Assembly (NCBI GenBank): GCA_000165345.1
Contig: CM000431.1
Span: 768,001-832,000 of the forward strand
Reading direction: 5' to 3'
Length of the DNA stretch: 64,000 nucleotides
The position numbers were made by a program, and so were the translations under genes. The notes under the pieces were generated by a model. It did not search any database and was not told where the DNA came from. It saw only the letters and a list, made by a program, of their open reading frames with translations. Position 1 is the stretch's first letter; every line of letters begins with the position of its first letter. Of the stretch, positions 11,101-19,917 are shown one piece after another.

Positions 11101-11132
11101 AACTCGATGCTTACGAAAATACTAATTCTTGA
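8127..11132 (+). CDS. Hypothetical large protein (1001 aa), alpha-helical with a low-complexity middle
   Basis: 3-kb uninterrupted ORF with an ATG start. No domain recognised by eye. It ends one nucleotide before the kinesin gene's stop on the opposite strand. Confidence 0.6.
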   Translation: MNNEISIDGDSISPSRRPSMATNNSANLIPESSIKILRNISEQLNKLTFVSGIVVPKKQYFSEELFNKTSLYSDNCIKNIFKEDLVESQFNKLEMIKTSFNIIKNEWDDILYRNTINKKNLEQLESRKVEFIGNTSCFQSICDTSISQLGNLESQARIIEEYIFPYQQYTIIYYKLQNDKFSNNLKEISSCFEIIDNSIIFFKNHMELKRTDYYIEGYKKLRVRLCCIIKNIMKNILKDCQVKNSVDENHNITEISSQPLDYNGENKGGYNISLYFTQLRAKGKLFNEYIKLLMQRYKETLQNETYRSAIEEMERYYIDLRISDECCGVRSFIKFGSKKLYSGKNSQNCLALNIKSFTRLVLNYCKYEWATYKSFFCCQETLNGKNENKIYEIQRLSRELGNKINASKKNIEFNNYFSSLIERFGNEYYNALILQIKAQRDPELLRESIQYLSQDIVNISNDLYQSVSFPDIYLSSLLHYIIKLQSSILEQLMYCTEAFIKEKIQDYELKVEELNYPEILQLFSADKRLIRSLQPLEDSASNISTNRGHLSKASSHNNLMEGEDFEVTNKTLRPENNKHHYESELLTNVSFPPNKISLQTNSDAEDFLFEDEYFDIFQEESEKSINDRNTAPSNESCQKQNGRAINVSIGCYPVVKNTLLALSFIDNLVPNSSYLFLNKLIIQKCCDKLVSAKEFICNEFYLNDKISRMYHGNLFIVRNLLYLKYELINLSKQNNCKGFDVFERNLCELESNEKNLSNTKITESNLLIKDSNLLCFKATLDSIVNIVDVLINSNLEEMINNICSNISLPLTKIVLQVHPEIQSSDIKELQCTNHKYIRESTELFWKNLKFHTSNYILKYLNLYLSIAGKEEMETLFYSIITEIGYEGDSKVDIDCKLSNESCNGEPTNFRNSGNLNSMGYEYDKAHLNSVVSSILPSPMSIFLSVKEVLIGVIFEFDHVLNKRLGIEKSVIEEELDWKLQNIIKFLNSVENKLDAYENTNS

Positions 11133-13037
11133 TTATTCATTTATAAAAGATTCTGTATATTTTTTTTGTCGTTTAATCGAGAAATCCTCAGCTAATTCTT
11201 GTATTTTCTTTAATAGTAAAGCTTCGCTATTTAATGTTTCATTGTACTCTAACTTAATTTCTTTTAACTTGTTTAGTGAATCTGCCATAATAATAAATAT
11301 TTTTGATTCAAGTTCCTTAAATAACTCTATAATGCACATTGATTCACCTACTTTGCTTATTTCCAGGGAGTTAATTTCATCATTAGATTGCGTCGAAACA
11401 AAGCTAGCTCTGTTTAATTGCTTATCCGAGTAATTTATTTCACTTTGCTGAAATAGTGAATTGTTCTCTTTTTCTGAAAAGGAGTTATTTTCAATAATAG
11501 TTTCGTTAACTTTTTTACTTGATATTTGACTTGAAAATTCACTTAAGGAATTAATTACATCATATATATTATTATTTATGTGATGAATCAAGTTCAGACC
11601 ATAGTTATTCTCATCTTGAAAAATTTTCTTCTCTTCAACAGTAACTAGTCCGGAAATTATAGTTTGTGAAGAAGATTCAATCTGCGATTTTTTTTTAGAT
11701 TTAACCTTCTGATCAAAAGAGTTGATCCCGATATTACAGTTGCAAGTACATGACAGATCATTTTCTTCATTATCATTTAGTAATTGATTAGATATTTTAA
11801 CCTTGATGTTTTTTGCTCTGTTAGCATATTTCAACGTGTTATGAGATTCTTCAAATGCTTTGGATGATGGGGAAATATTTGCAATCATTACAACAAAGCA
11901 TTTTTCACCTTCTAAACTATTCTTTAATATATGAGTCAATTTTGAGTCTCTATATTTAACATGGTATCTATTATCATTATTCTGGTTAAGAATGGACTGC
12001 CCATCAATGCTCGAACTTGATAAAGCCAAAGAATTAATACAGTTAGCTAGAGCTAGTAGTGAACGATTAATATGCGCACCTTCAGTTAATCTAATTCCCC
12101 TGTTTTGCGTTGCGCTTGCTCTTTCAGAGCCAGCTAGATCAATAAACGAAATCTTGCACCAAAGTTGAGGATTTGTTGAGTTGTTTATTGAGGGCTTGTA
12201 CAGTTTTTCACTAGGAAAATGATCATTTCTATAGTTATTGCTTCTAATGAATTTATGTGGATTGTTATTTGCAGATATATTAAATAACTTTTTTCTTTCT
12301 AAAAATATAGATAGTTGGAAAATTGCATGGCTTCTTGAAGACACATTATTTGCGACAGTTTGTTCAATCTTTCGGTATTTATTTCCGAAATTTAAAGCTT
12401 GAATTCCCTCCTTACTGTTTTCAATTAGTAGTTGAGTCAGGTTGCTAATTTGTATATTTGATTGATCTTCAAGTATTTCACAAGAATATTGACAATTTGA
12501 AGAGTTATTGGATGGATTCAGCAAATCTCTAATTGTTTCATTGTAAATTTCCATGTATGATGCAGTTACAAAGAAATTTGAGTTAGGCTTTAATTCATTT
12601 GAGCTATTATTTTCACTACTGCTCATATCGGAGTTATTATCTTTAACAAACCTTTCATCGCTGAAAAGATATTCAAATGTTTCATTGATCCCTCTAATTA
12701 CTATCCCAGGATTTTTCTCGTTTCCAATAATGGTATATGTTTTACCAGTACCAGTTGCACCATAAACAAATACAGTTAAATTAATTCCATTTGATATTGC
12801 ATTTTTAAGAAAATTACATGTTGATATATTGTAAACAGTCTCCTGATCAGCATTAGGTGGGAATATATGATCAAATGTGTACTCATAATATCTAGTTTGT
12901 TGTGAAAGCAAGTATGTGTTTTTTTTTCCAGGTTTAGATATTATAACCTTTCTCTGGCCCCTTATATCTACAATATCTTCATCATCGCTCCCATCAGCAT
13001 TAGGTCGTACCCTAAGAACAACTCGAACTCTTTCCAT
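11133..13037 (-). CDS. Kinesin-like motor protein (N-terminal motor domain)
   Basis: Motor-domain hallmarks: VRVVLRVRPN, P-loop GATGTGKTYT, switch motifs SSRSHAIF and FIDLAGSERA, and YRDSKLTHILKNSLEG. There are low-complexity inserts. Confidence 0.85.
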   Translation of the reverse strand: MERVRVVLRVRPNADGSDDEDIVDIRGQRKVIISKPGKKNTYLLSQQTRYYEYTFDHIFPPNADQETVYNISTCNFLKNAISNGINLTVFVYGATGTGKTYTIIGNEKNPGIVIRGINETFEYLFSDERFVKDNNSDMSSSENNSSNELKPNSNFFVTASYMEIYNETIRDLLNPSNNSSNCQYSCEILEDQSNIQISNLTQLLIENSKEGIQALNFGNKYRKIEQTVANNVSSRSHAIFQLSIFLERKKLFNISANNNPHKFIRSNNYRNDHFPSEKLYKPSINNSTNPQLWCKISFIDLAGSERASATQNRGIRLTEGAHINRSLLALANCINSLALSSSSIDGQSILNQNNDNRYHVKYRDSKLTHILKNSLEGEKCFVVMIANISPSSKAFEESHNTLKYANRAKNIKVKISNQLLNDNEENDLSCTCNCNIGINSFDQKVKSKKKSQIESSSQTIISGLVTVEEKKIFQDENNYGLNLIHHINNNIYDVINSLSEFSSQISSKKVNETIIENNSFSEKENNSLFQQSEINYSDKQLNRASFVSTQSNDEINSLEISKVGESMCIIELFKELESKIFIIMADSLNKLKEIKLEYNETLNSEALLLKKIQELAEDFSIKRQKKYTESFINE

Positions 13038-13369
13038 AATGTACTGGTTCCATAAATTATTTTAAAAATTTTTTTTCAATAACGGCACGTCACCTCCCCA
13101 CATGCGGGCTTTAAAACCAGTTATTCTATACATATTGCATGCCAAGCTTGCTACATGTATTACATGAAATGTATATATTTCGTTACAAAATTCGCAATTT
13201 TAGTAGATCAATATATTAGCAAAATATAAACTTCTCAATTTTTAAATCAGCTCGAAAAAGCATTCTATTAAAGACAAATATTTGGAGAAAGGCCTAGTTA
13301 CATAGGTAATATTAAAGCTAGAAAATCTATATTCAATAACTTAGAAATTATTTTTGCAAAATATTGCCT

Positions 13370-15205
13370 CTAAGATCGATTTGAAAGAGTATCCGATCCG
13401 TTAGATTCTAACCTGCTTCTAATAGTTCTTGTATAACCAGATATTTCGGATAGTTCAATTTTTAATGATCTCTTATCATTTCCATATGTAAAATGCAAGA
13501 GAGAATATAATAATAAGGAAATACACCAAGGAAAAACTGTAAGGAATACAAGTGCATTCGCAAGCGCATTTGCATTAATAAGTCTTGAATCTGCGTTCAT
13601 TTGACTTACATTTTCTGCAGTAGTTTTATAACCAAACACATTTTCTGATAAAATCCCTACAACAGGAGCCCCAAATGTTGCGGCTGAAATACCTTCAAAT
13701 AAAACGGCTATGGAGAATACAGTTGCTCTATGAGATGCTCTAACAACATCAGAAAGAATTGGCCTGCTTGCAGCAGCGCCTGCAATTGCAAAGAATCCCA
13801 TTAGAAAAGATAAAACCATAAAGTAATAGAATGATGAAGATTCTTTTGGTATTACTAAGAATAGAATACACATTATTGGAATTCTTATTGCCATGGAAAT
13901 TTGACCAACAAGGGGCCTTCCATGGTCAGCAGAGATGCGATTTAAGCAATCTCCTAGCAACCCCCCCATTGGGCCACCAATCATAGATCCTGCAAGCATA
14001 GTTGCAACGACTAGAGCAGCTTGAAAATTTGAAAGGTCGCAGTATTGTAAATACATTGTCATAAATGTTAGTGAACTCCAAGGTATTGTTCCGCTAATCC
14101 CTTCTAAAATCATTAATATAACGCTTTTTACTATCAGACTTTGAGTGATTACGTTTTTCATAAATTGAAGTGTAGATACGTTTTCATCAATTATATCCGA
14201 AATTTCCTCATTTTCATCATGTAAAAATATTCTATTAGTGTTAAATGTATTCAGAAGACTATCTCTTTGTCCTTCTTCTCGCGACATTGTACCAATAACA
14301 GATTGAGTATCAGAATCTGCCCCTCCAGTATCCGGGCGTGCAACAACGGAAATACTAAATTCACTTTGTTCTTGTTGCTCTAATGGTTCTTGTTCGCTCT
14401 CACTATTTGGATCTGATCGAATAGATCTAAAGCGGTGTAGGTGTAGATGAGGGATTTCATCCATAAGAAATACTATTATTCCTCCTAGTATCGCGCTTAG
14501 AACTCCTACTAAAAGGAATGCAAATCTCCATCCTTGAAATCCAACAATAAGTTTCTGTGAAATCGAAGTAGTCAGAACCGCCCCAAAAACTCTTCCAACG
14601 CAACTTGAAAGTTGTATCATTCCAAATCCTAGTCCTCTATTTTTTGAATTGAGCGTATCTGCTAAAACGCTCTGTGCTAGTGGGCCAACACTACCCAAAA
14701 ATGCTCCATTAACAGCTCTAGTAATTAGCACCTCCCAATAAGAACTACTAAATGCAAGCAATATCGTAACAAACCCCCAGACAGTTACACCGGTTGCCAA
14801 AATGTACTTCCTTGAATATCTATCTGCAAGTAAACCCCATATTGGACAACTCAAGGCAAGGCACAATATCTGACACAGGATAATATTGCCAAGGTCTTTT
14901 GGACTCAATTTTAAATCTACTTCAAGCGCTCTAAGGGATGCTGGAAGTAGTTGTTCATCGCATCCATCTAAAGACGCAGCCAAACAAACAATAGCAATAC
15001 TCCTTAAAGCAATACTATGTAGTCTTTGTAATTCAGATGCCTCATAGAGTTCAACAGATGATCCTGAATTATTTGATAAAGTTGAACAACTACTATTGAA
15101 ATGTTTTAACTTTTTTTTTGAATTATTGTCATAAACTTTTTGATCAATAATTGGCCCTTGATTAAAGGGAATTGATTTTTCTTGAGCATTTTTTTGTTTA
15201 TCCAT
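13370..15205 (-). CDS. Major facilitator superfamily transporter with a long hydrophilic central loop
   Basis: About 12 predicted hydrophobic helices in two halves of six. MFS-like motifs GLLADRYSRKY and LGFGMIQLSSCVGRVFGA. An acidic/Q-rich insert sits between the halves. Confidence 0.8.
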   Translation of the reverse strand: MDKQKNAQEKSIPFNQGPIIDQKVYDNNSKKKLKHFNSSCSTLSNNSGSSVELYEASELQRLHSIALRSIAIVCLAASLDGCDEQLLPASLRALEVDLKLSPKDLGNIILCQILCLALSCPIWGLLADRYSRKYILATGVTVWGFVTILLAFSSSYWEVLITRAVNGAFLGSVGPLAQSVLADTLNSKNRGLGFGMIQLSSCVGRVFGAVLTTSISQKLIVGFQGWRFAFLLVGVLSAILGGIIVFLMDEIPHLHLHRFRSIRSDPNSESEQEPLEQQEQSEFSISVVARPDTGGADSDTQSVIGTMSREEGQRDSLLNTFNTNRIFLHDENEEISDIIDENVSTLQFMKNVITQSLIVKSVILMILEGISGTIPWSSLTFMTMYLQYCDLSNFQAALVVATMLAGSMIGGPMGGLLGDCLNRISADHGRPLVGQISMAIRIPIMCILFLVIPKESSSFYYFMVLSFLMGFFAIAGAAASRPILSDVVRASHRATVFSIAVLFEGISAATFGAPVVGILSENVFGYKTTAENVSQMNADSRLINANALANALVFLTVFPWCISLLLYSLLHFTYGNDKRSLKIELSEISGYTRTIRSRLESNGSDTLSNRS

Positions 15206-15404
15206 ATTCTAAACAAAAGAAATCATAATATTTAGCATTAATTTTTATCTTATTTACGCAATAACGATATCGCAAGCATGCTAAATTTTTGCATTTCTGC
15301 GTACAGTTGTCTTTTATGCAACTGTATGTTTTTTAGGCGGTTGCCGTAACAATAATATGAGTAAAATAATATTTAATTTATAAAAAAAAAACTATATAAT
15401 AGAA

Positions 15405-16685
15405 CTATGAAATTCTCAATGAACAGCAAATTGGGCATTGATGTAGAGTATTAAATATAAATTTACAGCATTCATTGCAGAATTGAGTGCTGCAATTTGT
15501 ACATAAATATTTGTTAATTATATTCGATCTTGACCCAGAGTTCAAATATACATTATTAGAGAACTGGCTCTCACATAATTCGCACTTTGTTTTTATAGAA
15601 CTGGACTCAATCTTTGAATATTCCCCATTTTTAATAGGAGTAATATCTGGGTGCTGAAATAAATATGCGAATGATTTTGCAAGGTGATTTGGGGAAATAA
15701 GATATATCAAGCAAACCGGACATTTTGTCGGTAAGTAACAAACAATTGATTTACACTTCGGGCAAGAATACCCACGATGAGTTAAGGACCTGTGACATGA
15801 GCAACCGAAAGGATGCGTTTGATTGCTTACATATTCAGGAAATCCCATTGTAACCAAGTTAATGTTCAATGGGGTGCTCGCAATGTTATTTGGAGGCGGC
15901 TTGATGAAATTTTCAAGGGTCAACTTAAGTAAGTGGTCATTATTCATTGCGCATAAACAAACACCCCCTGTCATCTTTGTAATTGTCTTAATTATATATA
16001 ATTCTGGGATGAAGAGTATTGCATTAATTATGATATTATTAGAAGAAAAACCTTCTACCCATTCGTTGAATAAAAAAGAATTATCTACACTTCTCATGCT
16101 TCCTAGAAAAAAAATAATTTCTTTTGTACCATACGGAGGGATTGAAACTAGTAGATACTTAGCCTTCTCAAGCCCATTTTGAATAGACATGCTTCCCTTA
16201 CATCCCTTTTTCAAATAATTCAAAATACTCGTCATAATTTCAAGAAAATTAGAATTGTAGCTTATTATTACTTCGCCAATGCCGTCGTAAATAGAAATAA
16301 CCGAGATTTGAGTTAGAGGATTATCTTCTAATAGCTGTTTAATGAAAATTTCATTGCATTTAACCATGCACTGTAGTCTGTCAGGCTTGTAATCAAGCTC
16401 CAGCATATTAGAAGTCATATCTAAAATAATTACAATATTTCTGAGTAGACCACGCCTAATATTTGTATTTGGGCCACGCTTCAACAACTCAATATTATAG
16501 CTTTCGTCTGCATTATTCGAATCAAAGCGAGTCTCATCATCAATTACAACAAGCCCACTCTCTGTTTCAACCAATCTCTCCCAATTTTTTATAAGGCCTT
16601 GTTCCCATGAATATACAACTTCTTGCTCATCCAGTGAGTTATTTGAAGTATCTGCCAATTTCTCTGCAAAATCCATTGATTTCAA
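15405..16685 (-). CDS. TFIIH subunit p44/Ssl1 (GTF2H2)-like: vWA domain plus C-terminal zinc-finger/RING-like region
   Basis: A vWA-like region is followed by cysteine clusters CSCH...CPKCKS...CPVC and CELCESQF...CTNCSTQFCNECCKFIFNTLHQCPIC, the typical p44 architecture. Confidence 0.8.
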   Translation of the reverse strand: MKSMDFAEKLADTSNNSLDEQEVVYSWEQGLIKNWERLVETESGLVVIDDETRFDSNNADESYNIELLKRGPNTNIRRGLLRNIVIILDMTSNMLELDYKPDRLQCMVKCNEIFIKQLLEDNPLTQISVISIYDGIGEVIISYNSNFLEIMTSILNYLKKGCKGSMSIQNGLEKAKYLLVSIPPYGTKEIIFFLGSMRSVDNSFLFNEWVEGFSSNNIIINAILFIPELYIIKTITKMTGGVCLCAMNNDHLLKLTLENFIKPPPNNIASTPLNINLVTMGFPEYVSNQTHPFGCSCHRSLTHRGYSCPKCKSIVCYLPTKCPVCLIYLISPNHLAKSFAYLFQHPDITPIKNGEYSKIESSSIKTKCELCESQFSNNVYLNSGSRSNIINKYLCTNCSTQFCNECCKFIFNTLHQCPICCSLRIS

Positions 16686-16930
16686 GAGAAAACCTATTTA
16701 TATCCCAAACTATACAAAGGATACTTCAAATTTAGTTCATTACCTGATTATGAAATAATAACAATCTCAAGATCAAATCGTTTATTATTTAATGGTTACT
16801 TATTATCCCGTTCTTTATTCGATTCGAAAAAAAAAAGCGCTTAGCATTTTTTAAACATAATTAGCGAGTACTTAATAAAGAACTAAATTATTTTGAATGA
16901 AATAAAATATTTCAATAAATATCTAAATTA

Positions 16931-17992
16931 CTATTCTCCATTTAATCTTATATCTGCGAGGTTGTGATTAACATCTCTGTGATGCGATTCATCTCTTCTC
17001 ATTGCTAAAAATAAATCTCTAATTGTTGCATCCTCTGGTAAGCCATAGTAGACGGAGGCAAATTTCGGGGCTTTTCTCTCAAATCCTGGAAGAAGACCCT
17101 TATCTATTTCCTCAATCAGATGAGTGTATGTGCTTACAGCTTCTTCTTCTAAGTATCCAACAAATCTGTGTGAATATTTTGGAGAAATTATATAAAATAC
17201 CGTGTAAAAGATTAAGAAGGCAAACTGAGTCCCAATTACACTGACCCTTGTTAATATTGATGGCTTATTTATCAGCTGCAGTGATATTAGTAGATGCATC
17301 CTTTCATTTTCAGCCTCTTCAAGTAGAGTATGTATCCATCCATTATCTCTTTTCATTTTTCGGAGTGAAGAAAAATGTCTAAGCATTGCACCAACCATAC
17401 CTGGGACGCCGGCTACTGTTTCCAAAAAAATTATTCTTCTGCACCATTGATATTCATTATGTCCTTTTTTGTACCTAGTTAATAAATCGAAACTTTTTCT
17501 TAATGCAATCACAAGATAGTAAGACATTTTGTCTTTAAACCCATTTGGGCATAAATGAGTTTTTTGTACATTATTAACTTCTTCTAAGTCCCAAATGGGA
17601 GAATTAAATCCGTACTCCTTTCCTTCTAATATGGAAGCCGCATGGTTTGATTTCTTCATAAAGTGGCTTCCTACTTTTTCTTCATTTTCAGCGTCGAATT
17701 TATTAATCTGATCACTTTTGCATTCCAAAGTCCTTTTTTTGGAAAAATCCCCTTGATTATTACTTGACCTATCTTTTTCTAAAGTAATATAAAGCTTTGA
17801 AGTGATTTTCTGGCCTTTATTTGAATGGACTATAGAGCACAAATTGTTCAGATTTACTTTTGAAGAGAGTAGCCAAAGATGCCTTCCATAAAAGTATCTC
17901 AATTTATTTGTATTCGATAGGTTTCTTACATAATACATATTAATATTATTTAAAAAAAAAATACGATTGTAAATAAGATTCCGCTGTAACAA
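16931..17992 (-). CDS. AOX: Alternative oxidase (ubiquinol oxidase, di-iron carboxylate)
   Basis: Iron-binding motifs LEEEAVSTYTHLIEE and AMRRDESHHRDVNHNLA plus ETVAGVPGMVGAMLRHF. The N-terminal about 60 aa is basic and N-rich, a putative organelle-targeting extension. Confidence 0.9.
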   Translation of the reverse strand: MLQRNLIYNRIFFLNNINMYYVRNLSNTNKLRYFYGRHLWLLSSKVNLNNLCSIVHSNKGQKITSKLYITLEKDRSSNNQGDFSKKRTLECKSDQINKFDAENEEKVGSHFMKKSNHAASILEGKEYGFNSPIWDLEEVNNVQKTHLCPNGFKDKMSYYLVIALRKSFDLLTRYKKGHNEYQWCRRIIFLETVAGVPGMVGAMLRHFSSLRKMKRDNGWIHTLLEEAENERMHLLISLQLINKPSILTRVSVIGTQFAFLIFYTVFYIISPKYSHRFVGYLEEEAVSTYTHLIEEIDKGLLPGFERKAPKFASVYYGLPEDATIRDLFLAMRRDESHHRDVNHNLADIRLNGE

Positions 17993-18205
17993 TTTAATAA
18001 TTCAAATACAGTTAGCTCGCGATATTCTGTTGGAAAGTGAATATAGTGGAATCCTCTGCATACTATTAGCAATTTTTAAATGTGAGCACGAGCGGGTAAT
18101 ACATGCATCTGGAAAAAAAAAGTTCATTTTGGATTAGAAAAATCTAAAAATTAATTATAACGATTTAAAAAAAAAACAATTTCTAATAAATCCAGATGTT
18201 ATTAA

Positions 18206-19626
18206 TTATTTACTTTTGTTTGCATGAATGAATTTTTTAAGTTTATTAGACTTTTTCTGAATTATTTTTAGATGGTCTTGAATTGACCTATTTTCAATAA
18301 TGTAAGGATCTCCGCTATTCATTATAAAAGAGTATAGAATCTCATATTCCGTGCATTTCATAATCAGTGAATAGATTACTTGGTCAATTATTCTTATGAA
18401 TTCTTCTGAATTGATCAACTCTTTGATTCTATGTAATTTATCTAAAGTTTTACACTCCAAGACTTTGTTCGTATGAAAAGAAGAATAGCTGCAAGCATTA
18501 AATATTAGGAGAATTACCGGAATAATTATCTTTTCTACAGAATACTTTAAATATGTTAATGTAATTTCGACTCCCTTCGAATAAATAAAAATCATACACC
18601 ATTTTTCTGATATTTTTATTAGCCTAATTAATGAAATAATAATTGGGAATGCAATACTGTTTGTACAATTCCTCAAATCGTTTTGTTTTAATACATCAAG
18701 AAGTAATCCGATAATTCCCATATAAACTAATTGTTTGCATTCTTTTTCACTGCCTTGAGTAATAATTATTCTACATAAAATTTTAATTGTTTGTAACCTT
18801 ATTGGTACGCATTCATCATACATTAAGACGAATATTGAAGGACATAATTCCAATGGCTGGATAAAATCTAATGCTAGACAATCTTGGCTATCTGCCTCTA
18901 CCATTTTAATAATAGTTGAAATATATTTAATACCCCATATTCTCATTGAAATATCGTCAGAAAATATTAACTCAGATATTTCATTTTTTAATTTAACCCA
19001 CGTGTATGAAGCTGCAGTTGGAGAAAATCGAATTAATCCTATTATTGTACGTAATAGTGCATTCTTCAATCTATGGGTTATACAATTATCATTTTGTTTC
19101 TTAAAAATTTGGATTAACAATTCCAATAATCCAATCTTAATTGCAACTCTGCAAAACATTGGTTGTTCTTTTTCGATGAAATGAAATAATATTAATGATA
19201 ACAATTGTTCAACCTCGCTTGTGTTACTTTCGTGATTTTCATTTAGAGTGATTTCAAAAATATTAATTATTGAATATAAAAATGATTGATTTGACAAAGT
19301 CTAATTAATGAAGTTTTCAAATTTATAGGTGATTAATTTAACTTACTTGAATAGTTTCATTCGGGAAGATTCTAGCATATGTTGCAAGTATATGTAAAAT
19401 AGATATTCTGATTTTCATCTAAAAAAATTTGAATTAATTTCATTACTTGCTTTAATTCAACTTACATTAAGCTTTATTTCATCTTTATTATTTGGAGCTC
19501 TGTAAGTTGGAGAGTGCTTTATTAATAATTCAACAGCATCTGGGCAAACTACCTGTGGAGATACAAGCTTCTCGAAAAACCCACATCTTGCAAAATGAGA
19601 AATTTTTCTAATAAAAGATAAATTCA
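18206..19626 (-). CDS. ARM/HEAT-repeat-like hypothetical protein, 3 exons (19466..19626, 19347..19418, 18206..19300)
   Basis: The ORF-track entry 18206..19297 begins at an in-frame TTG. Upstream, two 46-47-nt GTAAGT...TAG introns (19419..19465 and 19301..19346) join exons encoding MNLSFIRKISHFARCGFFEKLVSPQVVCPDAVELLIKHSPTYRAPNNKDEIKLN | MKIRISILHILATYARIFPNETIQ | TLSNQSFLYS... in frame. Confidence 0.55.
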
Positions 19627-19917
19627 TCGATATTATTCATCAAAATAAGCTTTTTATTTTGAAGAGACTTAATAATTCTACTCATGTTAATATTTGAAAT
19701 TGCAAAACAAGTTTATCTAATGTAAATAAGTGTGGAAAAACAAAAATTTAGGTAAAGATCAATACCAAAATATTAATAAAAGATTATTCCTATATAATAT
19801 GTTTTTAAATAAAATTTTTAACTTTTAAATTTGTGTGTGTTACATTGTGTGAACAGGAAATAAAGTTTCACATGTTCCCTTACGTTTGCCTTAATAGAAA
19901 TGGTTTAAAATATCACC

